DNA of 64,000 nt, taken from the NCBI GenBank assembly GCA_030704615.1, contig CM060734.1, positions 25,916,001 to 25,980,000 of the forward strand. Direction: 5' to 3'. The translations under genes and the position numbers were made by a program. Positions 1 through 11,930 of this stretch are shown piece after piece. The notes beneath the pieces were generated by a model. The model made no database searches. It worked only from the letters and a program-made list of their open reading frames with translations, and was not told the origin of the DNA. Source of the stretch: Takakia lepidozioides. Taxonomy: Eukaryota; Plantae; Bryophyta. The stretch's first letter is position 1, and every line of letters starts with the position of its first letter.

Positions 1-2943
1 GCTCCTGACATTGGATCGGAAATGGCAGACACGGTGGCTGTCGATCTGGAATGCATCGGAGAGTATAAGGACAATGTGGTCTTTTCCACTCGAAGTTTCC
101 GACCCTGCAGTGGATGTGCGGCTCAACCGCATGACTTGGTGGTTCCAGGTAATTCAAGGTACTTCTCCATATTTGCTTTTCTGAAATGAATTCCCTGAAC
201 TGCTACGTGACATTGCATGTGGGAATCGCAGGTAATGACGAATGCGAAGGAGCAAGTCGTAATGCATACAAATTCGTTCGGCTTGTACGTTAAATGGGAT
301 GGAACACAGACATTGGAAGACTACGTGACACGTTTCAGATGTGCTTACAAGGACAACCTCTTCGCCAGGGAGCTGCAGACAGCAAGAAGAAGCGTGGAGT
401 TTACACATCAGGAGGGAGCGGGAAAAGCTGCAATGCGAATTGTTTACAGGTGAAGCCCAGCTGTCCTTGTATGCAAAGCCTGGTAATGAGGTTTGTCTGG
501 GAAATGCGGCACCGCATTCGCATTTTATGTTTTCGGTTGCACTCTGCGAGTATGTTTGTCTCAACTTTTGCTCACGCATGCTGACTGCCCTGCAGGTATA
601 TGAAATACGTGCTTCTTCAGACAGGGGCCCTGGCTCAAGAGCCCCCATTCTTCATGGCTTGGACCGTGGCGGGCCCAAGCTGTGTCTACACACCCGAGAT
701 GAAGAAACAATGGCATGCCGCGCATCTGGTTGGATGCCCGCGGTACCTGGACATGTCTGGCGGAATTGTTGACGAGTCTGAGAAAGATCTGCATGCGAAA
801 GCAGAAGAGAAGAGAAAGGAAAGACGTGTCCCTGCTCGGCCAGAGTCGGCAAAGGAAGCTGCTCTGGAACAATCCAGAAAGGCAGCTGAGATGGCACAGA
901 AGACGGTGGATGCAGCTGTGCAGGCTCAACATAAGGGGTCCAAGAAGCGGACTCGCCAGCAAGGAGCAGCAGTTGTGACACCCAAGAAAACGAAGAAGCA
1001 GAAACAGATAGTGCAGGTAGAGGGTGAGGAAGAGGACTCCGATGGAGACTTTGCAACCAGCCCACCCCCCGAGACGCAGCCGAAATCCCCTGTGCCCACG
1101 GTTGTCACGAGAGGGACGAGAACTGGCTCGGCAAAGAAGGCACTCTTCAACCCCCCGGGGGGCACCCTTTCGAGCCGGTGGAAATGAAGAGGCCGAAAGT
1201 GGATCCCGATACAGTAGTCCAGTGTGTGAATGAGAGTTTCTTGGCGGCTTTGGATGGACGGGCAGCCAAGTTGGCATACATGAAGACCATGGAGGGTCTG
1301 AAGGGCAGAGCACTGAAGAAGGCGGCTGCCAAAGAGCCTTCCGACACCCCTGGGTTTCTGAAGATGGTCTCGTTCTTTGAGAGGGTGTGTGCAGACAAGG
1401 ATTGCAGGAGGGGTGGAAATGCCACCGAGTGGTCTTGCGATATGATCATCTTGGATATTCCGGACGGAGAGCCTGTGGAAGGACTGCAAGCTTTGCCATC
1501 TTGGAACAGGTACTCTGAGGACTTTTGGAAGAAAGGATTCGGGCTCGCCCGCATGGTGTTGGACGACAGAGGCTGTGTGGTTGTCCTGGCGAGCAGAGGC
1601 AAAAACACGCAGACAGGAATTGCGAAGTGGACCCGCAAGAGCGCCGTCCCAATTCTGAAGAAGAAGTGGACGTGCATCAACACATTGGGCCTTCGGTCGG
1701 AAGGGAAGAAGGTAATTACGACCTTGGCACTCGTCCTTTCATTTTCTTAGGAGTTTTGAAATGCGGTGCCGCATTCGATTTCTAATCGTTCCCCACTGTG
1801 TATGCAGACGAAGCAGTTCGATGCATACTGCTTTGTGAAGGAGAACTCGACCTTTGCTTTCCGGAAGGAGGGATTGTTGGTTGACCCGAACTGCGACCCA
1901 TCGATTACGACGTCCTGTTCAACAACGTTCCCACGGAACTTCTCCCTCATAGCCTCACTTCAACTGAACCCCTGCGGTATTCACGCACTCGGAGCCCTGC
2001 CTTCATTCAGACAATTATGGAGACATGCACTGACGTGGAGGGCACAGTGCTCGACCTCATCTGTGGGACAGGTATGCAGAATCTTGTTGTATGCTATTCT
2101 GCAAACTCTCGTTATGCTTTCATTCGCAACATCTGAAGGGCCATGTCATAATGTGTGGATGGCATTGTAACAGGTGCCTCAATGTGGGCTGGGCGGTTTT
2201 CCGACCGACACCTCTTTGCCTACGAGGAGGACACATCCGTCTGGGGATCCCATCTGGAAGGGCTGCAACGGAATGTGAAGGCTCCCATCGAAGCCAAGAC
2301 TCCTCGGATTCGTCGGAGTCGGAGGAAGAGACAGTGGACATTGATGCCGAGGAGAACCCGCAATACAAGTGAGTGCAAACATTGTAAGTTTGCAAAGCCT
2401 TCTGGGTGATTTTTTGTCAAACGCATTTCCGGACTGTGGTTCTCATTGGTCTCGTTGGTGATTGTTATGTGCAGGATTCCAGGATCCGGGTCGAAACATG
2501 TAGGGCCTACACTTCCTGCCAGGAAGAATGTCCCGTTCTTTGCGAGGGCCGACTTCATGACGAGCCCGGTGAAGGACTACTCCCTTCCTAGTTATGCAAC
2601 TAAACTCGCAAATACAGCGATTAGACGATGTGAGAATCCCAGTAAAGTAGAGCAGATTTTGGAGAGGGCTAGGGAGGACAGAAGGATAAGGAAAGAGTTG
2701 GCAACAGCTGAGAGACAGGTAGACGGGTGCGAAAGTTCATATGTGATTCAGCGGATGAGAGCGATGCAGACAGGGAGGACGACAGCCAACGGAGGTGAGA
2801 TGGTCGGTTCCGCAAGGTGAAGATGGGATTTTGAAAGCCTGGCCAACGAGCAGTCCGCTGGAGATGAGAAAGGCAATGACGGGGTGGAGGCGGAGCAGGA
2901 AAGTCAAGGACAGGACGACGATAGTGATGATTTTCAAGATTAA
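1..2943 (+). CDS. 3' exons of ParB-like/N4C-N6A DNA methyltransferase-fold cargo gene (copy A1)
   Basis: GT-AG spliced exons give motif IV-like CDMIILDIPDG (~1436-1468), WNRYSEDFWKKGFGLARMVLDDRGCVVV, then RTRSPAFIQTIMETCTDVEGTVLDLICGTG (to 2071) and next exon GASMWAGRFSDRHLFAYEED. This is the IV...X-I-II order of beta-class amino-MTases. Acidic tail ends at TAA 2941-2943. Single-base frameshifts near 1155 and 1900 may be assembly errors. Confidence 0.75.
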
Positions 2944-3079
2944 TAGAATTTTAATGAACTCTCTGTACATTTAAATTCTATTCCAAAGTATATAAAGGAA
3001 ATTCTCCCCGTCCTTCATGTCCCCTCTCCCATTTGCCTCTCAACGACAACATCGTCCAACCTGGTCCCTCCCAAAATCT

Positions 3080-4120
3080 GAAATGCGGCACCGCATTTCA
3101 ATGTCTGAACGGAATGTGGCAACTCAAAAACCTCGTTTGGAAATGCGGCACCGCATTTCCAAAACCGGGGCAAGAACAATTTCCGTTTCATGGTTTGGAC
3201 ATCAGAAACTGTTCGGACAAACGGAAATGCGGTGCCGCATTTCCGTTTCTGACACGGCAGTTTTGCCGATTGCCAGCTCCTTCCATGGATGTAAATCGAA
3301 AGGCGGAGGTCGAACATGGAAATGCGGTGCCGCATTTACCTTTTGGAGATGGACACATTTTTCCAACTGCAGACCCATCGACATTCTTGGGCTCCCCATT
3401 CCATGATGCTAGACGGGAATGCGGCACCGCATTCCATTGTCCAATAAGAAATTTCGATGACGTACATGGAAATGCGGCGCCGCATTTCCAAAACGGACAT
3501 CGTTGTTTGCCCAATTCCAGACCCTTTGACGAAATGCGGCACCGCATTCCATCGTCCTATAAAAACTTACATTGTCCTATAAAAACTTTCGATTGCCCAA
3601 CATGAAAAATGCGGCGCCCGCATTTCGAAAACAGACATCGTTGTTTGTCCATTCCAGACCCGGTGGGCATTCCGTCTTGATGGACGGAAATGTGGCACCG
3701 CATTCCATTGTCCGATTCGATATTTTGATGACAGACATGGAAATGCGGTGCCGCATTTCCAGAACTTCAATCGTTGTTTGTCCAATTCCAGACCCTTCGA
3801 CGGAAATGCGGCACCGCATTCCATTGTGCTCTCCGGAAATGCTGTGCCGCATTTCATTGTCCGGTACGAAATTTCGATGACGGACATGGAAATGCGGTGC
3901 CGCATTTCAAGTATGGACATGGACAAGCATTAGCGACTGGACATGCTTGGACAGTTCAAGGTCCAATATGGAAATGCGGGCGCCGCATTTCAAATTCAAA
4001 GTATGGTAATGCCATGTCAGAAATGAAATGATGTACAACATTTCCGTTACGACGACAACGGAGGAAAGGGAGCTGCCAGAAATCGCTGCATAGAGAAAAA
4101 TGAATTGCGGTGCCGATTTC
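3080..4120. repeat. Array of ~15 palindromes GAAATGCGGYRCCGCATTTC
   Basis: Repeated copies at ~3080, 3140, 3223, 3319, 3417, 3469, 3531, 3607, 3687, 3740, 3803, 3888, 3971 with partly repeated spacers. Confidence 0.9.
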
Positions 4121-4395
4121 CGAGCTTCGGCGTGTACATGTTTCCTACAACTCATACATGGATTTTCTTCACCTCAGGACTCTGATATCGCTGACTCTGG
4201 TATAGTCATATGGACAGACACATTGTACAAATGAGACCTCAAATTGTAAACAGTGGGCCAATTACGGCAGTTCTTGAACATGATGAAACACAAGCACACA
4301 GAAGTGAGGTACGATGGGTTGTTTTATTGATCGAACACGGTTCTCACATTAGCAACTCCAGACAAATCTAAGCCCTTCCTCCTTCTACATGGGCG

Positions 4396-5141
4396 TCACC
4401 AAGTCGACGGAACTTCGATAGCCCTCAAAACAAGCTCATTACTGATGCGGCACCTCGAGGTAAACTGCAATGCGGTCGATCTGGTGCCCTTGGTGGAGCT
4501 GACGACAATGTCATGCCCATCAATCTACCACCATCATACATTGACAAGGTCACTATGGGCCTCCTGTGCCCGTGGATTCGTCTTCGCAACTCAGCCGAAT
4601 GTCTCCATACAGGGAAAAGCGGAGTGAACTCCACGAATATAGTTTTCCCTGGGGTGCCGTCCTCCTGGTCCACTGGCAGCAGTTCCAGCGCCAAAGTGAG
4701 GCGGTGCGTGATCTGTCCGGCATCCCATTCCACCTTGGTATATTGAGGTCAACAATTTTCAGACACAAGGACCGCATTGACCCTCGCCCTCACCTCGCTC
4801 AAAGCGGTAATAGCCTCCAGATACTCCAATGCGCGCAAAGACTCCCGCTTGATTCCAAAAGCGTCTGTGAAAACAGAGAGCCAGACAATGATGTCTCCTG
4901 ATTCTGGTTTGAACATAGCATAATTGTGGCCATGATAAGGCAGTCAGCAGGATTTTGGCGGCACGGCATCCCTGAAAAAGAGTAGCGAAGTACGCTCAAT
5001 GACAGCAGCTCCGGATGGAGGAGGCAGCACGCGGTGGCTGGAAGAAATTCAAGCAAACGCTGCAATTCCTCACAAACACTCCAGGGCACATTTAAAATTC
5101 CCCCCGACAGGAACCTGCACGGATGAAGATTGGCTCACCAT
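4396..5141 (-). CDS. Unknown protein, paralog 1 of divergent cargo pair (frameshifted)
   Basis: Pieces ...SVLRYSFSGMPCRQNPADC..YAMFKPESGDIIVW...RSRTASLWRWNCCQWT...YGDIRL...ELVLRAIEVPSTW* align with the + strand neighbour. Start codon uncertain. Confidence 0.65.
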
Positions 5142-5313
5142 GAATGTAGCCGTTTCAGTTCCTTCCCTGCCATGCAAACTATGGGCAGTAAGTGCCAGGT
5201 GGGCCTATAGCAACTCGAGACGACGAAGTCCATCCCCCTTCAATGTAAATGCGGCGCCGAATTTCCATCCGGGGGATGGACTTCGGTGGCAGATTTCAAA
5301 CTATACCCCCTGG

Positions 5314-6082
5314 ATGAGAAAGACGTATCGGTTCATCCACCGCTGGCGTGATGAACACATTACACGATGATTGGTGGGTACTTGTGACCCAGATGCTCCA
5401 TTATGGAGCCCGCTGCTTCTTCCGCTTCTCATCATTTCGAAAATCTAAGGGCTTCGTTGCTGTCCGCAAGGTCATTGTCATCGGCATCAAAGACGTCCTC
5501 AGGTCCTCCTTTGCAAGGATGCCGTGCTTCCGGAACCGGGACGACTGCCCTTATGGAGGCATCGATTATGCAATGTATTCGGCCACATCGGGAGACATCG
5601 TTATCTGGTACACAGATTACACAAAAGATACTGGTTCGAATGTGGAAACATTGTCCGCTTTTGAGTATCTCCCAGGCCAGTATGCCTTCAAGCGGGGTGA
5701 CAATCTTGGTCTGAGGAGTCCGTGGCTCCTGCGCATCCCTGATTCCGATTTTCCCAGCTACGACAGGCACCCATGCAGAAGAATGCGCACTGCTATGCTG
5801 TTGCGGTGGAACTGCTGCCAGTGGACGTGGGTGGACTCCATCGGAGAGACTTATACTCCTGAAAGAGTGCGCTCATCTTCTCCATTGTATGGGGACATTC
5901 GCATTGGTGTGGACGACGAAAACGTGAAGCTTTCCATATTCGATGGTGGTATGATTGAAGGGCATGACATTGTGGTGAACATCAACAGGGGCGGTACAAC
6001 GGCTGCAATCCAGTTTACCTGGAGGAGCCCGATGACTCATGAGCTTGTTCTCAGAGCAGTCAAAGTCCCATTGACAACGTGA
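5314..6082 (+). CDS. Unknown protein, paralog 2 of divergent cargo pair
   Basis: 244-aa ORF 5348-6082 (probable start ~5314 with a frameshift), conserved in copy A2 (26042-26786). Shares SGDI.IW, RWNCCQWT, YGDIR and ELVLRA.VP with paralog 1. Confidence 0.7.
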
Positions 6083-6464
6083 CTTGTATTCAGAAGGCAC
6101 AGGGCTAAAGATTTGTTGCACAATCAGCACAGTAGACGTGCTTCATATGCAATTCATGTGGATCAATAAAAAACCCCATTGGTCTGATCTTTTTGTTCTA
6201 TTCTGTATCCATCGTTCCAGAATGTATCATTCCTCATTTCGTTTGCGATTGGGAGTGTGGGTGGATTTTGCAAGTGGCTGGTGGTAGGCTGAAATGGGCC
6301 CCCCATTGTACGAGCAGAGTAGCACCCCTCCATTCGCGAAACATTGCCTTTCAATATGTAATTCTAAAAAACATTGCCGAACCTCCTCATCGGGGAGGGT
6401 CCTTCTCCCCTATGACCGTGACACCCTAAACCCTATTCCGCGGACACTCATTTCCGGAAAATAG

Positions 6465-6563
6465 TCCTGCTCATGTTTTTTTCGACACTTACGACTCTGC
6501 TCATGGCTCATGGCTCATGGCTCATGCCGCTCATGGCTCATGGCTCATGAAATAGCAGCCCCC
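6465..6563. repeat. Right terminal inverted repeat of MULE A1 with tandem GCTCATG units
   Basis: GCTCATG/GCTCATGCC tandem units followed by AAATAGCAGCCCCC; inverse of the left end GAGGTTTACTATTTCATGAGC. Confidence 0.85.
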
Positions 6564-7480
6564 CTATTACTAGATCATGCGCATTTGGTTGCCGGTGGCA
6601 ACTCGGACTAAGGTTCTTCCGAATAAATGACCCATTGAGGATCACCATTTTGTGAGGTACTGGTCTAAGGAGGCACCAAATGAAGGAATTAATTGCCTTC
6701 CAGATTGTTCATGGGTACATCTCACAAAGACCAAGGAGGTACCTAGTTTGGTCATGGGTTGTGCCTTGGATTTACAAGGTGCTTGTTTCATTGCACGATT
6801 CACATTGAGCAGCAGAAGATGCAGTCGAGATTTCAGAGTTATTCCACTGGGGATCATTGGGTCTTACCTTCAGTTCCACCCAATACGTATCTGTATGATG
6901 TGAAGATCATGTTGCAGAAGGATCCCCAACTTCGTTCTTGGTTCAATTTTGCTTTGGACATTTTGGCCAAAAGAAAAATTTGGCCTTGACATCTTTTTTA
7001 TAAGGGACATGAAGCCAGAAAAACTTACACTGTTCCAAGGTCGTTGGCACACCCCTCATCTATCCGGCAAAGGAGCTCGGAGAGAGTACATAACTTTGCT
7101 CGCAAGAGATTGATGCAGGTTTTGAAGTTTAAGCTTCCAGACATGTGGCAAAACATTGTGTGCCACGCAGGATTCCCGAGAAGGTCAGAGCACCGAAAGT
7201 CCATAGGGGGGAAGATGATTCTGATACAACTGGTTCAATGGAGGAAACTTTTGACATGGCGGAGGAATATGCACTACAAATGGCAAAGAAGAAATGACGG
7301 GGATCTCCTATGCCTGAGAGTTACTCCTTATCACCAAAGGAAGGACAGACATTCCATTTGGTGAGCAGTCCTCCACCAGCCAGTGACAGGGCTCAGGCTC
7401 GCACACAGAAGCCATCCCGGGACTCCTCACCGACAGAAGGGTGCTTCGTCACAAAGGTTTGCTGATCCTAAACAGTAAAC
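6564..7480 (+). pseudogene. Degenerate 3' extra ORF region of a Gypsy-2 family copy
   Basis: Colinear with 38858-39790 (MQSRF.SYS.GDHWVLPSVPP..YLYD; ends ...GCTGATCCTAAA.AGTAAACCGT). Confidence 0.75.
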
Positions 7481-7549
7481 CGTACGTCCATCACTACCCG
7501 TTATGTCCCGTGGTGACCCTCGTTGTCTGTCCCTCGTAGCATCGCCGTT

Positions 7550-7942
7550 ATCAGTAGGGGCTGATTTGGAGCCAGAATTCTTTGAGGAAGCTAAGAGCCT
7601 ATTTATTATATACAAAGATGTATTTGCTTGGAGCTATGAAGATCTGAAGGGGATACCACCTGAGATCTTACTGCATAATATTGAACTGGAACCGGGGTCA
7701 GTACACAATCAAACAGGCAAGGTACAAGATGAATCCAAACTATGCACAGAAGGTTGGGGAAGAGATCAAGAAGCTGGCTGAGGCTAAGTTCATATACCCG
7801 ATAGAGTATACAATTTGGCTAGCACTCATTGTGATAGTTCCCAAGAAGAATGACAAACTAGGAGTTTGTGTGCACTATAAGAAGTTGAATGCTTGTACAA
7901 AGAAAGATCCCTTTCCTTTGCCATTTACAGAAGCTGTACTGG
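7550..7942 (+). pseudogene. pol: Reverse transcriptase N-terminal fragment, non-chromovirus (Tat/Athila-like) Ty3/gypsy
   Basis: YKDVFAWSYEDLKGIPPEI...KQARYKMNPNY...IVIVPKKNDKLGVCVHYKKLNACTKKDPFPLPF; cut off by the LTR starting at 7943. Confidence 0.8.
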
Positions 7943-9004
7943 TGTTAGAGGGCTGTCTGGGACTTAGAACTTTTATGGGCTTTGTGGGGGATACCCGTAT
8001 AATTTTTGCGCAGACTTACAGATGGTAGACTTAGACCAACAGAGGCCTTAGGGGTGAAGGCACAGGCTTTAGGGTGGTAGACAGGCGTACACAGTCTTAC
8101 ACAGTCGTACACAACCTATCATAGTCTATCATAGCCATACACACCCTTACACAGCCCGATACAGCCTTACACAGTCTGTCACAGTCAATCACAAGCTATC
8201 ACAGTTAGTCACAGTCTATCACAGCTCGACAAAGCTTCGCAAAGCCAGTCACAGCCCAACACAGCTTTACACAGCCAGTCACAGCTAGGCACAGTCACAG
8301 CCCGACACAGCTTGGCACAAAGCCCCGTCACCACCGTACGTAGGAATGGTCTATCATTGGCAGGGAAATGGACTATGTAGGACGATATCCTGCAGAGGGA
8401 ACGTGCTTACTTCTTGAGAGATGACAGTAGTTAGTTAGGCGGTTTTAGTAGACCAGCTTGCGGTAATTAGATTAGGCAGAAGTAGAAGTAGCAACTTGGA
8501 GAGGACACACTTTGGCGGGGAGAACTATTGGGGAGAGAACATTCTTTGATCAGAACAGGCGGAGAACACGAACTGAAGCAAGGATGGACAGGGCAGGAGG
8601 GGACGCGATGTGCGGATGTTTGATGAATACAAGCTGTAGAGTTAGACTGTAGAGCAGAGTAGGGACACCATGGCTTCGGCCTAGATACTTACAAATCTTA
8701 ATCTGACCACCTATTCGATACAATCCCACTATGTTGTAGAGATAACTTGAGTGAATGTGGGAATAAATGGATGAGTGAATGGAACTGAAAGATTACTGAA
8801 GCAATTTGATGCTTAAGTATACACAACAAGGTCATTTGTTAACATAAAGCAAGAAGATACAAACAGGAAGCACAACCATGATACATTAGCTGTAGGTCAT
8901 GACTGATTGTTCTGAGCGGGCTGGTTCTAGAGATATTTAACTCTTCTATCTTGGAGTTTCCACCTCGGATAGCGAAGAGGTGGGTGAGTAAAAGCCGTTC
9001 GACA
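7943..9004 (+). repeat. 5' LTR of Gypsy-2
   Basis: TG...CA ends; homologous to 39826-40185 and, inverted, to 40186-41103; contains ~11-bp ACAG-periodic tract 8085-8320. Confidence 0.8.
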
Positions 9005-9141
9005 TTTGACGACCATACTAGAGAACTTAGTCGAGAACAACCAAATGTGACAGGCATATCTGGGTGGGATTCATTCTGGGGTTGGACCGGACTTAAAGAA
9101 TTGAATGTGAATCAAATTTCCGTGTGGAACTGAGAAGAAAG

Positions 9142-11217
9142 TGTAGTGTGAAAAGAAGGGGCGTGAATCCCCTTCTGTATAATTCAATTGTGCTCCCTCC
9201 ATTCTAAGCGGAGCAAGAAAAGAAACGTCTTTAGTCTGTCCAACTGTCGTCACTTGGCGGTGGGTTTCCCTCAGATCCTTCGTGATCAGAAGTTCATTCA
9301 AGCATCCTCATCCACGCCGCAGCGGAAGAAGAGAAGACATGGATGGGGAAGTCAATTTGTTGTTCACTCTTGGTTCTACCTTTTACACAACATCCCCTAC
9401 CCTGCAGGTACAGCACCAGCTATGATGGTGCGATGTATCATGTGATGCAATCAGCCCTAGTGTCAGTGATGAAACCTTGCCCTTGTGGGCAGTTCCCTTG
9501 GTCAGCAACACGTCGGAAGCCCCCTTTGTAATTGAGATCACGGTTGTAGGTGGATGGGCAGCTCAGATCTGCCATGAACTGCAGGCCCACTAGTTTGATC
9601 ATTCAGGTTCATGTCTTCTTGACCTTGGCTCTCCATTTGTCCATCCCTCAATCAACCTTTCTCCCTTCTTCACTTTTTCGTTCTCTCCACACTCTTTTCT
9701 TCATGGTGGATTTCCTCATTTCTCCACAACATCATGGCTACGATGCAATGCAGGCACATCCAGCCAGGCAATCCAGTGCCCATACCCATCATTGAAGTCA
9801 ACCTTGGTCACACAAGAGATAATCTGCCCCTATGTCGTCTTTTTCTCTCTTCTTTCCAGTGACTGGTCTTGCACTACTTTCCCCAAAGTTTATCTGTTGG
9901 TCAAGGTGCTTCACAACCCTTCTACAGATCTCAATTCACAAACCATGACAGCCTCTCCTTTTCTCCTCAACTTCGAACACATCAGTCATTACATGTAGGG
10001 AACACTTCTAGAAATCAGATCCAAACCCAAAACAATATTGACTTTTCTTCCCATCCACGTCATCCTTCCTCAGCTCTTCAAATCAGTGTTCTGAATGACC
10101 ATCCTTGTTTCCTCATTCCACTAAGCTAGTTCTACACTGGGCTACACTGGCTCCGCTGTTTTAAACATCCAAGGCTGCATAGTTTTTTGCTGAATTGCTG
10201 ACAACTTCTGAAAACAAAGGAAAGGAACACAGAACAGCAACCATTCGACCCTGTGAGGTACTGTGAGGTGAGTATCTGTCCCCTCTCATTTCCTACCTAA
10301 CACCGTTTGTGGGAACACAGGTGGTGCCATCCATCTCCACCCTATCCTGGTTTGATTCCAGTGTCTTCAGTCCATTTTTCAAAGGCCTTTCTACTCCTCA
10401 CATTCTGTCCCCTTCAGTAGAAACAAGAGAGTCCAAGTTCCAAAAAATTTCACAAAGTCTTCCCTAAGTGCCAAAAGAAGCCAACCACTCTTCCGAACTT
10501 ATATGATCTGTTTATACTCATTGAAGGGTGGGTCTCTGCCTGTCAAGAAGGACATGTACTTGTCATCCCATCGTCGGCCATTTCAGACGTTTTCTTCTTA
10601 TCGTGATTTTCCACAGTCCTCATAAGGCATTGATGGCTCTGCTTCAGCTGCTGGCACGAGGTGCTATACACACCAGCCTGCACTTCTCATCCCCCAACAC
10701 CTGCTGAGCCGCTCTATCTCCTCATTATGTGCTCATCAAGACAATGGCGACAGTAGTGTGCACCGCCCTTATCACAACCCGAGCCCTCAGGTTTGATCAT
10801 TGCTTACAAAAGGCGGCACCGCTTCTTCTTGCACAAAAAGCCATGCAGAGCTCTTAACGTTTCTCTTTAAAGCAAGCTGATACCCCTTTGCGTAGGTGAA
10901 CTTTCTCAGATATCATGTCTGCCAGCACCACTGCAGCAGCTGCAAAGATGCACGCACTCTTCCCCTTCGAATTTCACAATCCTGCTTTAGGGTTCAACTC
11001 ATGGATGAAAATCATTCATCCTAGGGATGAAAAAGGTGCATGTCATAACTTAGCTATATTTTGTTCTTGGCAGATCAATAGCATAGTCTTTCCATGGAAT
11101 TACCTCAAGTTATGGACAATTCTCCCCTTCATTAGCACGAAGGACACGCCCTTTGTAGTGGGCCGGAACCTGATGCCAAACAAAAACTTGAATTTTTACC
11201 CCAGCATTCACACTACA
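9142..11217 (-). repeat. 3' LTR of Gypsy-1 copy 1
   Basis: Begins TGTAGTGTG, ends CACACTACA; homologous to 33131-35278 and 41460-43762. Confidence 0.9.
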
Positions 11218-11239
11218 TATGTAGTGTGTCCCCTTTGGC

Positions 11240-11930
11240 TGAACACCTAGTGGTGGGTATGAAGGGTTTTAAAATCCCTCCTACATCTTACCCATTCCTT
11301 GTCTGCTCCATCTCTCAACCTGCATCTTCGTGCAGCTCTCCAGTCTTTGGTTGTGTTTCCTGCATCCTTGTACCCCAAAAAGTCATAGGGTCCCTCCCAT
11401 GGAGATGTCATGGAAGACCCTCTTTCCTTCCAGGCCTCAACATCATTACCTTGATGTTCTCCATCAACTGCAGTGGTAGCCCTGTTTGATGCCTCTTTCA
11501 TATTCTTGCCTGTTGACGTTGCCCGCCCTTTCTTCACAATCTCTTGCCTGTTGACGTTGCCCTTTCTTCACACTCTTTCGCAGCTTTGCCTTCATCTCTG
11601 TGAGAAGCTGGATTCTGCTGCAATCATAAGTGTGACCCTCTGCTACAGATCCATCAGAATTTACTGGTGTTGTAAGAAAATGCAACCTGTTGTCAATTCC
11701 CAGCCTTGGAATTCTACAGTAAGTACCTGAAAAGGGCGAATCCAGTGGAAGCATGGACACCCATTCTGTAACCAAACAGGGCTTATAGAGATTCTGATCC
11801 CACTCAGTGTCGTTTCCAACTCCTAGCGTGGTGATTGCTCTGTTTGAGAGACTTAATGACCCTTTCCACCATACCGTTACACTGAGGCCAGTAGGGGGCG
11901 CTATGCTCCCTCTTTATACCGTATTCGTGG
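11240..11930 (-). pseudogene. pol: Integrase C-terminal half of Gypsy-1 copy 1
   Basis: Continues the pol ORF cut at 27250 (EDTCHE|YGIKREHSAPYWPQCNGMVERV..., WEGPY motif); frameshifted. Confidence 0.85.

Larger units (their letters stand above)
1..6563 (-). mobile_element. MULE subfamily A, copy A1 (right-hand part only; left end lies outside the window)
   Basis: Colinear with 21054-27249 of the complete copy. Ends in the same terminus ...GGCTCATGAAATAGCAGCCCCC at 6563, after which sequence switches to Gypsy-2 internal DNA (homologous to ~38858 onward). Confidence 0.9.

Noticed and set aside
3015-4031. Many short ORFs with KCGAAF / EMRHRIS / GNAAPHF repeats (also 16652-18464, 23949-24906, 52313-52975, 62283-63008)
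   Set aside because: Six-frame translations of the palindrome arrays, open on both strands; not proteins.
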